Positions 1 through 12,085 of a stretch of DNA of 64,000 bases are shown here, in pieces. Within the stretch, counting starts at the first letter, position 1. Each line of letters starts with the position of its first letter. The notes beneath the pieces are model-generated. The model worked only from the letters and a program-made list of their open reading frames with translations. It was not told the origin of the DNA and did no database searches. Both the position numbers and the translations under genes were made by a program. This stretch comes from Candidatus Latescibacterota bacterium. GTDB lineage: Bacteria > Latescibacterota > UBA2968 > GCA-2709665. The stretch spans positions 4,224,001 to 4,288,000 of the forward strand of contig OZ250150.1 in the NCBI GenBank assembly GCA_965237675.1. Reading direction: 5' to 3'.

Positions 1-1167
1 ACCCTTGCAAATGCCGTTGCCGGACTGGACGCCCTGACCGCCGCATCGCTGGTTGCGGAAGCGGGCGTTAGGCAGAACACCGAAACAACGCCAGGCGCGA
101 TCGAGTATCTAGTCAGCCGGATCCGTGACCTGTTTGCCCACCCTCCGTTTCTGGATCGACCCGAGATTGTGAACTTACCCGATACCACCGCGCCATCCAT
201 CCAGATTCTGAGTCTGCCTCACAGACCGGGTAACGTGGTACACGTCTGCGCATCCGTCAGCGAAGCGATTGAGGGGCTCGCCTTATTCGGGGAAAACCAG
301 CAACACCTCAACGCGGATCGGCGCGCCATGGCCAGGGAACTGAGCCGACGCCGCACATCGCTCCAAAACAAGATCGCACGCATCCAGGACGATCTTGACG
401 ATTCGGGGAAAGCCGAACTCTACAGGAAATACGGCCATCTCCTTATGTCAGGCCTGCACAGGATCCACCTCGGGGCCGCGTCCGTTACCCTTCCGGACGT
501 CTTCAATCCGACGGAGGCGCCGGTGACCATCCCGCTCAAGACCAATAAAATGCCGCATGAGAATGCCGCCGCCTACCTGAAACGCAGCCGAAAGGCGGAG
601 AAGGCGGGTCCTATACTGACACGACGCATGGAAGCCGCACGGACAGAATTCGCAAGGGTCGAAGCATTCCTGGAGCGCCTTGAACAGACGGACAGCCAGG
701 ATGAGCTCATTGCACTTCGGGACGAATTGGCAGAAACAGGATGGCTTGCGAGTCGCAAACAGAAGACGAATACCGCCAAACATGCCCCGTCACAAACGCA
801 TCCCAGGCGCTACCTGACCTCGGACGGCTGGACCATTCTGGTCGGCCGCAACAACAACGAGAACGACCGCCTCACTAAAGAATCGGCCAAAGACGACCTC
901 TTTTTTCACGCCCAGGGATGCCCCGGTTCGCACGTCATCCTCAAGCGTGAAGGAAAACACGAGAAGCCCTCCGACGCCACCCTTAAGGAAGCCGCAAGCC
1001 TTGCTGCTTACTGGAGCAAAGCCCGGCATTCCAAGACTGTGCCGGTCAATTGTACCGAAGTACGGTACGTACAAAAGCCCCGAGGCGGCGCCCCGGGACA
1101 CGTCACGATCCGAAATGAAGTCACTCTCTTTGTTGCCCCCCGTCAGCTCAAGCGAACTGAAACGTAG
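1..1167 (+). CDS. rqcH: NFACT/FbpA-family ribosome quality control protein RqcH (5'-truncated by window edge)
   Basis: Frame is open from base 1. Coiled-coil with 'ENAAAYLKRSRK' and C-terminal NFACT-R motifs 'ILVGRNNNEND', 'FFHAQGCPGSHV', 'AASLAAYWSKAR', 'VQKPRGGAPG'. Confidence 0.85.
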   Translation, partial: TLANAVAGLDALTAASLVAEAGVRQNTETTPGAIEYLVSRIRDLFAHPPFLDRPEIVNLPDTTAPSIQILSLPHRPGNVVHVCASVSEAIEGLALFGENQQHLNADRRAMARELSRRRTSLQNKIARIQDDLDDSGKAELYRKYGHLLMSGLHRIHLGAASVTLPDVFNPTEAPVTIPLKTNKMPHENAAAYLKRSRKAEKAGPILTRRMEAARTEFARVEAFLERLEQTDSQDELIALRDELAETGWLASRKQKTNTAKHAPSQTHPRRYLTSDGWTILVGRNNNENDRLTKESAKDDLFFHAQGCPGSHVILKREGKHEKPSDATLKEAASLAAYWSKARHSKTVPVNCTEVRYVQKPRGGAPGHVTIRNEVTLFVAPRQLKRTET

Positions 1168-1204
1168 TACGGGCCGCCGGGGAATCCGTGTCAGGCCAAA
1201 AAGC

Positions 1205-1969
1205 CTACCAGATTTTCGTATAATACACCAACCGGACCTGTCGATCGATACTTGCCGACCGTTTTCCGTCTCGAATCAGGTTCTTGATATCCACCTCGAG
1301 AACCAGCCGATCGGAAGGCATCCAACGACCGCCCAGATTCAGCCTCCCCCTGCCCGAGCCCAGCGAATTATCATCGTTGTCGTTGATCGCAAAGTCATAT
1401 TCCACCAGCAGCGCAAAGACGCGCTTGAACTCGACGTCTGCGCCCAGAAACCCCGAAAAATCCCCATCGCCGTCACCATCTTCCAGACTGCGATTCAATC
1501 CGGCGTGAACCCCCATATCTCCCAGCGGAAACCCGTAGTTCTTGCTCGCCACCCCATAAAAGCCCTTGGATTTAACCGCATACCGCTTCAGGCCCTCATC
1601 GTACTGACCGTAACCCTGGGAGTGATAACCCACGGCAACAGCTGGAACTTTCAACTCTTCCTCCTTCACCCGGACGCGGCCCGCCACCTCCACGCGTGGA
1701 TTCCACGCAGCCTCACGGCTGCCTACAAGATGCTGACCGCCGAATGAAACCCCGATGCTGACACGATTGTGTACGCCGACTTCGATCTGGGAGAGAATTC
1801 CACTATCGCCGTACAATCGAAGATCCGCGGCCAGGCGGCCCGCCTGCAGCATGCCGGCAGTCGGCCCATCCACCAGCCATCGTGGTACATTCCCCTGGGC
1901 ATGCGCCGCGTCGGAACACATCCACCATACAGCAGACAAGATTAACATCCACCCCGCGTACCGTGTCAT
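1205..1969 (-). CDS. Exported, probable outer-membrane beta-barrel protein (YjbH-like)
   Basis: Signal peptide ending 'AHA-Q', alternating beta-strand pattern, C-terminal aromatic residue (W); overlaps tsaE stop by 4 nt. Confidence 0.6.
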   Translation of the reverse strand: MTRYAGWMLILSAVWWMCSDAAHAQGNVPRWLVDGPTAGMLQAGRLAADLRLYGDSGILSQIEVGVHNRVSIGVSFGGQHLVGSREAAWNPRVEVAGRVRVKEEELKVPAVAVGYHSQGYGQYDEGLKRYAVKSKGFYGVASKNYGFPLGDMGVHAGLNRSLEDGDGDGDFSGFLGADVEFKRVFALLVEYDFAINDNDDNSLGSGRGRLNLGGRWMPSDRLVLEVDIKNLIRDGKRSASIDRQVRLVYYTKIW

Positions 1970-2421
1970 GGGCCTTCTCCATCGTCAAGTATGAATCTGC
2001 GTGAACCGGAATCCGGAATTTCAATCCGGATACGTAACGTCCGGCCCGGAAGCAGGGATCCGGCGCGCTCCGCCCATTCGATCAAACAGACACCGTTGCT
2101 GGCAAGATAATCATCCCATCCGAGGTCAATCAGGGCCACGGCATCCGGAAGCCTGTACAGATCGAAGTGAAAGATCGGTATCGGACGCGACGTGGCGTCC
2201 CGGCCGTGGTACTCATTCACCAGGATGAACGTTGGGCTGGTCACCCGGTCCGACACCTTCAGCCCCTCACAGATGCCCTGCGCGAGGCAGGTCTTGCCAC
2301 TGCCGAGTTCTCCGATCAGGCCCACACAGTCACCCGGCCGCAAACGACCGGACAACTCCCTGCCAAGCGCGCGGGTCTGATCCGGCGAGGTCGTCTTGAA
2401 TTCAGGCATCGAGTTCCGCAT
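1966..2421 (-). CDS. tsaE: tRNA threonylcarbamoyladenosine biosynthesis ATPase TsaE
   Basis: 'GELGSGKT', 'VTSPTFILVNEY', 'HFDLYRL', 'LIEWAE' motifs. Confidence 0.95.
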   Translation of the reverse strand: MRNSMPEFKTTSPDQTRALGRELSGRLRPGDCVGLIGELGSGKTCLAQGICEGLKVSDRVTSPTFILVNEYHGRDATSRPIPIFHFDLYRLPDAVALIDLGWDDYLASNGVCLIEWAERAGSLLPGRTLRIRIEIPDSGSRRFILDDGEGP

Positions 2422-2533
2422 CAGGATACATTACGAGGGTACGTTGTGACGCCGCCGGACAATCCGATGACGAGTCGCCAGGAAACACCGACCCCGGGCA
2501 TCTGAGAGGGCAAGCCGAATACGCGCCTCCCCT

Positions 2534-4090
2534 CTATTTGCCTCTCATAACCGCAACCGGCAGGACCATCTCCTCAAGGGAAATACCCCCGTGCTGGAAA
2601 CTATTCGCGTAATACCGCTGGTATTCGTTGAATTTCGTGGGATAAACGAAATAATAGTCCTCCCGCGAAATAATGTATGTGGTCCCCATCCCCAAATCGG
2701 GCAGGCGGTATACATCCGGATCCGAAATATACAGGGCGTGCCGGGTATCACATCGAAGGTGTTTGCCGTATTTGTACCGGATATTGGTCGACGTGTCCCG
2801 GTTTCCATGCGCGACGGTCGCGCGCGTGCTCATAACGCATCCATGATCGGTCGTCAACACCACCGTGGTATCGGTATCGGCCAGCTTCCGCAACATTTCA
2901 AACAACGATGAATGGGAAAACCAGGATCGACTTAGCGACCGGTACGCGGACTCGTTCGGCGCCATCTCCTTAAGGATATCCGATTCCGACCTTCCGTGCG
3001 CCAGAATATCCAGGAAATTGAACACTACCGACATCAGCGGGAAAGACCGGTAGGAATGCACCTTTTTGACCAGATGGTTGCCCTCGGCAATATCCAGCAC
3101 CTTGACGTATCGGGTATCCAGCTTCAACGTCGGATCCAGTTCTTCAATCTGGCGGTCCAGAAGCTGATGTTCGTGCCGGTTTCGGCTGTTGTCGTCGTCC
3201 CAGCCCGCACGCCACTCCTGCGGATACGACTTGGCCACATCGCTTGGAAATAGCCCGCTGAAAATGGCATTTCTGGAATAGGGCGTGGCCGTAGGGAGAA
3301 TCGAATAGTGGTAGTGCTGCTCAATATTGAATAGTTCAGACAAGAGCGGGGCGATAGCCAGCCAGTGATCCAATCGCATGCAGTCCACAACCACAAAGAA
3401 CACCTGCTGGCCGTCCTGAAGCGCGGGCAATACAAACTCACTCACGACATCGACGGACAACACGGGCGAATCCATATCGTCCTGAAGCCAGTTGGCATAA
3501 TGGGACTCTATGAAGCGTCCGAACGCCCGGTTGCACGCCCGGCGCAAATCCTCATGCATCTTTCTCAAGCCGGCATCATAAAACCGGTCCAATTCCAGAT
3601 CCCATTCTGATAGCTTCACATGGATATCGATCCAATCCTGCCAGGTCACGTCGCCGGACATGGACGTACGTATGCGATTGGACACGGCGGCATAGTCCAA
3701 TCCCATTCGCCCCGTCATAATCTGGCGCGCGTCGAGCAATTTCTTGCAGGCCGAGAGAATCTGGCTGGGGTTCACCGGTTTGGTCAAATAGTCGTCGATC
3801 CGATGTCCCAGAGCTTCCTCCATCAAGCGCTCCTCTTCATTCTTCGTAATCATGATAACGGGAATGTGGGGGTTGATATCCTTGATCATCGCAAGCGTGG
3901 AAAGCCCGCCTCGCCCGGCCATCATTTCATCCAGCAGGACGATGTCGAAACCCCGCTGTTTCACCATTGCAATGGCATCATCCCCGTTCGTCACCGGCGT
4001 TACCTTATAGCCGCGTGATCCCAGAAACATGGTATGCGGCCTCAACAGGTCAATTTCGTCGTCCGCCCACAGAACCTGCTTTTCTTTCAT
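2534..4090 (-). CDS. porX: PorX-like response regulator (receiver + PglZ/alkaline-phosphatase domain)
   Basis: 'LWADDEIDLLRPH' receiver, 'LLDEMM', 'YLTKPVNPSQIL'; PglZ motifs 'DCMRLD', 'SILPTATPYSRNAIFSG', 'TTDHG', 'FQHGGISLEEM'. Confidence 0.85.
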   Translation of the reverse strand: MKEKQVLWADDEIDLLRPHTMFLGSRGYKVTPVTNGDDAIAMVKQRGFDIVLLDEMMAGRGGLSTLAMIKDINPHIPVIMITKNEEERLMEEALGHRIDDYLTKPVNPSQILSACKKLLDARQIMTGRMGLDYAAVSNRIRTSMSGDVTWQDWIDIHVKLSEWDLELDRFYDAGLRKMHEDLRRACNRAFGRFIESHYANWLQDDMDSPVLSVDVVSEFVLPALQDGQQVFFVVVDCMRLDHWLAIAPLLSELFNIEQHYHYSILPTATPYSRNAIFSGLFPSDVAKSYPQEWRAGWDDDNSRNRHEHQLLDRQIEELDPTLKLDTRYVKVLDIAEGNHLVKKVHSYRSFPLMSVVFNFLDILAHGRSESDILKEMAPNESAYRSLSRSWFSHSSLFEMLRKLADTDTTVVLTTDHGCVMSTRATVAHGNRDTSTNIRYKYGKHLRCDTRHALYISDPDVYRLPDLGMGTTYIISREDYYFVYPTKFNEYQRYYANSFQHGGISLEEMVLPVAVMRGK

Positions 4091-4110
4091 GGCGCTCAAG
4101 CTCCCCAATG

Positions 4111-5454
4111 TTAAGAAGCCGCCCGGTCTTCCGCCGGCCTAAGGGGAAGGGAAATTAAAAATGTGGTTCCCCTTTCCGGCAAACTCTCCTGAACGGTAAT
4201 CCTGCCCCGATGATAGTCTTCAATTATACGTTTGACAAACGCTAACCCCAGCCCCCAGCCCCGTTCTTTCGTGCTGTAGCCGGGCAGAAACACCTGCTTC
4301 AGGAGATGGGGCTGAATCCCTTTGCCGTTGTCTCGCACCCGCACGTCCACCCACTTGCCTTCAGACCGCACCTCCGCTGAAATCTCTATCTTTCCACCTT
4401 TCCCTTCCATTGCGTCCGCGGCATTTTTAAAGAGATTCTCAAAGGCCCAGCCTAGCAGCTGCCGATTCAACGGGACCGGTGGCACCTGGTAGTTTCGTTG
4501 TACGATCTGGACCTCTCGCGAGAGTCGATCGCGCAGGTAAGACGCCGTCTCTTCAATCACGCGACGGATGTTCTCCGAACGGAGTTCCGGCGTGGAGCCG
4601 ATAAGGCTGAACCGGGACACGATCTTATTCAACCGGCTGGTATCCTCCTCCATCGCCACCACAATCTGGTCGAATCGCCTGCGCGTCTGGTCATCCACCG
4701 GGCCGGAGGAATGCTCCAGTTCCGACTTTATCAATTCGATCCAACCGTACAAAGAGGAAAGGGGCGTACCAAGCTGGTGCGCGGTCTCGCGAGCCATCCC
4801 GACCCAGATTGATCTCTGTTCACTGTTCTTGATGTTCCGAAATCCGAGATAGCCCACCCCGACAAAGAGCGCCGTCACACATAGCGCGACCCACGGAAGC
4901 CATGCCAGACGTCGCACGAGCGGCGAATCGCCATAGTGCAGGACTCGCGGGCCGATTTGCGGAATTTCAAACGAATACGGCGGATTCTCGACATCCAGCC
5001 GGCGAACGATCCGCTGCATCTGCCTGAGATCGTCCGGACTGAGTTCACCCGGGTTGCCCGGCGGAATCTCTATGGCCTTCCACATGTGGGGTTCGCCCTT
5101 CGAGCCGGTAATGATCACCGGGAAATTGGTATTTGTAATGGTCTGGAAGATAAACTTGACGTCAAGATCGCTGACAACCACGGTGTCCTGGGTCGCCATC
5201 CCGTAAAAGAAGGCCAACCGTTTGATGATGTCTCGGGAATCTCGACGCATCGGATCCACAACAAAAATCTGCATATACAAAAGGAAAGCCAGGATAATCA
5301 CCGTTGCCGCCAGAAACAGATACGCGCCGAGACTGTAAGAATTCTGGAGCCCCACCCTCAGACGGCCGCCCCGTACCACCGGCGCGCCCACGAATCTCGA
5401 GTACCCGTGCCCTCCTGTTCGAACGTCGACATCCTTTGTTCGCGTGTCCATCAA
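4111..5454 (-). CDS. Membrane sensor histidine kinase
   Basis: Two TM segments, H-box 'WVGMARETAHQLGTPLSSL', N-box 'ENLFKNAADA', G-boxes 'DNGKG' and 'GWGLGL'. Confidence 0.92.
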   Translation of the reverse strand: MMDTRTKDVDVRTGGHGYSRFVGAPVVRGGRLRVGLQNSYSLGAYLFLAATVIILAFLLYMQIFVVDPMRRDSRDIIKRLAFFYGMATQDTVVVSDLDVKFIFQTITNTNFPVIITGSKGEPHMWKAIEIPPGNPGELSPDDLRQMQRIVRRLDVENPPYSFEIPQIGPRVLHYGDSPLVRRLAWLPWVALCVTALFVGVGYLGFRNIKNSEQRSIWVGMARETAHQLGTPLSSLYGWIELIKSELEHSSGPVDDQTRRRFDQIVVAMEEDTSRLNKIVSRFSLIGSTPELRSENIRRVIEETASYLRDRLSREVQIVQRNYQVPPVPLNRQLLGWAFENLFKNAADAMEGKGGKIEISAEVRSEGKWVDVRVRDNGKGIQPHLLKQVFLPGYSTKERGWGLGLAFVKRIIEDYHRGRITVQESLPERGTTFLISLPLRPAEDRAAS

Positions 5455-5979
5455 TTGCGGCTCCCTTCTCCTACCTCGACGTCTTGGGTCTCGTTAAGTT
5501 CCGTACCATCCCTTTGACAACAGCGTCTGAGTCCCGGCGACGCCCGAAGCGGATTCCATATTGCCCGATCCGTTATGACAGATCGTCCACGTCCCTTTGC
5601 CGATCCGGGCCAGGTTCCGGCTTGTGGCGAAAGCGAAACCGGCTGTGATCGGAACACCGGAGTCGACATCCTCTTCGCCCCGACCCGGCCCCACGTCGTA
5701 AACCCGGTATCGAGGCGTTCACGCTGGAGCGATGCCACGGCCGAGAGACTCGGAAGTGCCAGCATCTGGATGTACAGAAAGTATACAAATTTTGCAAGCA
5801 TCCAGTCAACCAAAGAAAAACTGTTTGCATAATATCTTTCATTTTTATATATTTGGAACATCGAATTCCGGAAAGACAATGCATGCAGGGAGAAACTTTG
5901 GCTGGCGTTCGGTCGTCAACTCCTTTTGATATTGAACATAAATTGATTCTCAGAAAACGGAAAGGGGGGAATCTAGCTT

Positions 5980-6177
5980 ATGGCCAGAGTTGTGGTGAGA
6001 GATGACGAGCCATTTGAAAAGGCGCTGAAAAGGTTTAAGAAAACCTGCGAAAAAGCGGGAATCATGACCGAGATGAAAAAGCATCAGCATTTCGAAAAAC
6101 CCAGCGAGCGCCGGAAAAGAAAAATTGCCGCGGCGAAGCGCAAACGAATAAAATTCGAAACGCGGTTCAACCAATAA
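5980..6177 (+). CDS. rpsU: 30S ribosomal protein S21
   Basis: 'EPFEKALKRFKK...GI..E.KKHQHFEKPSERRKRK'; purine-rich SD upstream. Confidence 0.97.
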   Translation: MARVVVRDDEPFEKALKRFKKTCEKAGIMTEMKKHQHFEKPSERRKRKIAAAKRKRIKFETRFNQ

Positions 6178-6593
6178 GTCAAAATCGCGAACAAAGCAAC
6201 AACAACCGCACCGATTCGCTTTCGGATGCGGTTGTATTTTTTCCGCTTCGTCATCAAGCCGGATCGTTTCGACCAATCGCATCCCTCGACCCGCGTGGTC
6301 CATCTCCGATTGGAACTGCAACGACACCTCTACGGTTTCGTCGAACTCTCGACCTCTCGGCGTTGCCGCCACAGGGGAACCCGGCATGCCCGCCGGTCGG
6401 ACAGCCGCGAATAGCAGTGGTTTTTAAAGGTGCAAATTCAAATGCGGCTCTTGGAGACGTTGCGGGGTGCGAACCGACATCCACCCGAGCCGGCTCCTCC
6501 CCCCATAGACGCGGTGCGGGAATCGACGGACGCACGGGTCGTCTTGTTGGTGACAATCAACCGTCACACCGATTTTGACGCAGAGAACCCCTC

Positions 6594-7256
6594 ATGAACG
6601 TTGCCGATCTGTTATTATTGGCTGGTCTGTGCTGGATGGTGTTCCGGGGGTGTCGCATCGGTCTCGTCCGAAGCCTGATTGCCCTGATCAGCTTCGTGCT
6701 GGCGTACGGACTCGCGCTCGCATACGGCGGTCCGGCATCGGAGTGGATTGCGGGCGAGAATGCCGGCCACGGCGCTTCTATGCTTGGCTTTTTCGGCGTA
6801 TTCATGGCAACCCTGATTGTCTGCTACCACGTCGGACGCATACTTCACAGCGTGCTTGAAGCCACCCCGCTCGGCATGCTGAACACCCTGGGGGGCGGCG
6901 CGCTCGGCCTGGCGCGAGGGCTTCTTATTCTGGGGCTGTTGGTCATATTGCTGCGCGCTTATCCCCCCCACGCCAGCGTGAAAATGCACATAGACAACGC
7001 CGTGCTCGCCCGCCCCGTAAAGCAGGCCAGCCTGGTTTTGATGGACGCGGTGAAAGGCGGCATCCCGCAGGCGGCCAGGCTGTATCAATACCTCCTTCCG
7101 GAAAGTCCCGAAACTTCAATCCATCCTGTTGTCGACGATATGACCCGAAAGGCCGGCAAAGCCGGCGCCAAATTGAAGGGACTCATCAAGGAAGCCCACG
7201 AACGTGAGAAAGAGGAACAGAAAGCTCCTCAGCCATCCGGGCCCTCTGGAAACTAA
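6594..7256 (+). CDS. cvpA: CvpA family membrane protein
   Basis: 'MNVADLLLL...RGCRIGLVRSL', several TM helices, 'LNTLGGGALGLARG'; lies upstream of mutS2, a common arrangement. Confidence 0.8.
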   Translation: MNVADLLLLAGLCWMVFRGCRIGLVRSLIALISFVLAYGLALAYGGPASEWIAGENAGHGASMLGFFGVFMATLIVCYHVGRILHSVLEATPLGMLNTLGGGALGLARGLLILGLLVILLRAYPPHASVKMHIDNAVLARPVKQASLVLMDAVKGGIPQAARLYQYLLPESPETSIHPVVDDMTRKAGKAGAKLKGLIKEAHEREKEEQKAPQPSGPSGN

Positions 7257-7346
7257 GCTCAGACGACTCCAGGGCTTCAGGGACCAACCCCGCACGCGCG
7301 CTCCTGTTCCGGGAAGACCTGAATCCGAATCCCTATCCCCGACCCC

Positions 7347-9719
7347 ATGACCCTCTCGTCAAAAACCCTTCAGACCCTCGAATTCAACAAGATTCTCGAC
7401 CTCATCGCGATACGCACCGTCTCGGTTCCCGGGCGAAACGAAGTCGAACGCCTGGCTCCGGCAGACAATCCGGAGCGCATTGAAGCCCGACTTCGTCCGG
7501 TGCTCGAAGCCATGGACCTGATCGGCTATGACGATCCGATTCCGATCGGACGCATGCCCGACATTCGTCCCGCGATTCACACTGCCGCGGTACCGGGCGC
7601 GGCGCTCACCGTCGGTGAACTGATACAGATTGACGAAATTGTGCGGATGTCGCGCCGCTTTCTGGGATATTTTTCCAAACGGAAGGCGAAATATCCCAGA
7701 CTACAGGCGCTCATGTCCGGTCTGTCCCAGCACCCCGATCTGGAAACGAATATTCACCGTTCCCTCGACCCCGCGGCGGAATCCGTTAAGGATTCCGCCA
7801 GCGCCGAATTGAGGCGGATCCGGCGCAGCCTTGAACAAACCCGATCCGGCATCCGCAGTTCCGTTGAAGGCATCCTGAACAAGCTCCCCGACACGGTTGT
7901 ACAGGAGCGCCTGATTACCATCCGGAACGGTCGTTTCGTCATACCGGTTCGCGAAAATCAGAAACATCGGCTGGAAGGCCTGGTGCATGATCAGTCGGCA
8001 AGCGGCGCCACGCTTTTTATCGAACCCATGGCCACCCTGGCGCTCAACAACCGGCTGCGGCAACTCGAACTGGCCGAGCGTCAAGAGGTAAAACGCATCC
8101 TTCTCGAGCTTACCCGAAGCGTTGCCGAAATCAGCGACAGCTTGCTTGACAATCTCGGCATTTTGGGAAGATTCGACGCCGTGTACGCGATCGCCGACTT
8201 TTCACGCGATCTGAAATGCGGCGAGCCCATTTTCAACCTGGAAGGACGCCTCGAACTCCACGACGCCAGGCATCCGCTCCTGGTCTACCGTCTACGAGGT
8301 GAGAAACGGCCCGATTCCATCGTCCCGCTTAGCCTTCCGATGGGCAATGATGCCATTCGCACCCTTATCCTGACCGGTCCGAACGCCGGTGGCAAGACCG
8401 TTGCCCTCAAAACCGTCGGTCTGCTTGCGCTGATGGCTCAGACCGGATTACCCGTGCCCGCCGCGGAACAATCGCAGTTTCCGATCTTCACAGGTGTATT
8501 TGCAGACATCGGCGATGCACAGTCCATTGAGAACGACCTTAGCACGTTTTCATCCCACGTGTCGAATCTGGTCGAGGTCACCAACCATGCCGAACTCCGG
8601 TCTCTTGTACTTCTGGACGAAGTCGGCGCCAGCACCGACCCCGACCAGGGCGCGGCCCTGGCGATGGCCCTACTGAATACGCTTACGGAACGGGGCTGCC
8701 ACACCATCGCGACCACCCATCACGGCGCGCTCAAGGCCTTTGCACACCGCACGGAGGGTATGGCCAACGGATCCATGGCATTTGACACGGCTACGCTGAC
8801 CCCCACCTTCCAACTTCGTCTCAACACGCCCGGCAGCAGCTATGCGTTCGAGATCGCCCGCCGACTTCAAATGCCATCCGATATTGTCGACGAAGCCGTG
8901 CGTATTGCGGGCAGCGATATCGGCCGCCTGGAGGCCCTCATCGCGGATCTTGACGATACCTATCAGCATTATAACGAAGAACTGGCTCGAGTGCACGCCA
9001 ACCGACGGGAGATGGAAAGCCTGAAAGCGGAGTATCAAATTCGCCTTGAAGAAGTAGAAGATCGGGAGCGGGCGTTAAAACGTGGCGCCGAGGAAGAGGC
9101 GCGGCGCATCCTTGACGGAGCCAATGCGCTCATCGAACGCACCGTAACCGAACTCAGAACGCGCAACGCAGACAGGGACGCCATAAAGAAAGCCCGGGCG
9201 CAGGTCGAGCGGGCCCGGCGCGAATTGGCGGAACCGGTCGAAGATCTCAAAGCACCGCTGCCCGTACTAAAACCCGGTTGCCGGGTTCGGGTGCGGACCC
9301 TGGGAAAAGAAGGGATCGTGGCGGAAGACCGAATTGCGGGATCGCGGGTGTCGGTCGAAGTCGGCAACGTACGCCTGCAGGTGGGGCGGGCGGACCTCGA
9401 ATTACTGGAAGGTGCCGAAAAGAACCCCTCGGGAGCGGTTTCTGCCGGGTTCACAACCCGCAACGACGTTGCCGCCGAAGTGGATCTGAGAGGAATGACC
9501 GTGGATGAGGCTGTGGAGGCAGTGGACAGATACATCGACGACCTGTATCTGGCCGGAATGGAACACGCCGCTGTCATCCATGGCAAAGGCACGGGGGCCC
9601 TGCGCAGGGCCATTGGCGTCCATCTCCGGAACCACGAATTTATCAAATCCCAGCGTCTTGGTTCGCACACCGAAGGCGGTGCAGGGGTCACGGTCATCAC
9701 GCTGGCCCTGAACCCTTGA
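7347..9719 (+). CDS. mutS2: Endonuclease MutS2 (ribosome-collision factor)
   Basis: 'HDQSASGATLFIEP', Walker A 'TGPNAGGKT', 'DIGDAQSIENDLSTFSSH', KOW region and C-terminal Smr 'VDLRGM...IHGKGTGALR'. Confidence 0.96.
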   Translation: MTLSSKTLQTLEFNKILDLIAIRTVSVPGRNEVERLAPADNPERIEARLRPVLEAMDLIGYDDPIPIGRMPDIRPAIHTAAVPGAALTVGELIQIDEIVRMSRRFLGYFSKRKAKYPRLQALMSGLSQHPDLETNIHRSLDPAAESVKDSASAELRRIRRSLEQTRSGIRSSVEGILNKLPDTVVQERLITIRNGRFVIPVRENQKHRLEGLVHDQSASGATLFIEPMATLALNNRLRQLELAERQEVKRILLELTRSVAEISDSLLDNLGILGRFDAVYAIADFSRDLKCGEPIFNLEGRLELHDARHPLLVYRLRGEKRPDSIVPLSLPMGNDAIRTLILTGPNAGGKTVALKTVGLLALMAQTGLPVPAAEQSQFPIFTGVFADIGDAQSIENDLSTFSSHVSNLVEVTNHAELRSLVLLDEVGASTDPDQGAALAMALLNTLTERGCHTIATTHHGALKAFAHRTEGMANGSMAFDTATLTPTFQLRLNTPGSSYAFEIARRLQMPSDIVDEAVRIAGSDIGRLEALIADLDDTYQHYNEELARVHANRREMESLKAEYQIRLEEVEDRERALKRGAEEEARRILDGANALIERTVTELRTRNADRDAIKKARAQVERARRELAEPVEDLKAPLPVLKPGCRVRVRTLGKEGIVAEDRIAGSRVSVEVGNVRLQVGRADLELLEGAEKNPSGAVSAGFTTRNDVAAEVDLRGMTVDEAVEAVDRYIDDLYLAGMEHAAVIHGKGTGALRRAIGVHLRNHEFIKSQRLGSHTEGGAGVTVITLALNP

Positions 9720-9931
9720 AGACTGGCTTGACTGCTCGCCGTTAAACCCGCAGATCCAAACCCCGCTCTTCCGTGGGGTCGATGGCAGCATGTACCTGAC
9801 CGGCATTGATCTCTGCGCGTGACCGGTCGATTCGCCGAACCCTCACCCGGTCCACGCGCCCACGTTCCATCCCCCGCCACCTCGAATCCCCGCGGGCGGG
9901 GCGGTGGCATCGGTTGCGGCATTGGCGCCGA

Positions 9932-9960
9932 TTGACACGTTATCCGGTTTCCTCTATATT
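9932..9960 (+). promoter_or_regulatory. Sigma70-type promoter for ispG-dnaG
   Basis: TTGACA (9932-9937), 17 nt spacer, TATATT (9955-9960). Confidence 0.7.
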
Positions 9961-9982
9961 AGATCCGATATATTAGATCCGA
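9955..9982 (+). repeat. 14-bp perfect tandem duplication TATATTAGATCCGA x2
   Basis: Read directly: 9955-9968 and 9969-9982. Confidence 0.9.
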
Positions 9983-10029
9983 GTCGGAAATACGAGCCTC
10001 TCTTTCAGCCTCTAACCTGAACGTGACCC

Positions 10030-11970
<1,941 letters not shown>

Positions 11971-12085
11971 ATACCGGTCGGGTCAACCCGCAACGATCGA
12001 CGCTTCCCTGCCCCGCGCTGGCGAAGGATGAACGGCGCCGGGACTTCCGCAACACTATCCTTCCATCCATACCATAGAACCCGTT

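Noticed and set aside
2534-4090. PglZ domain as part of a BREX system
   Set aside because: It is fused to a receiver domain in PorX fashion, and no brxC/pglX/brxL genes are present.
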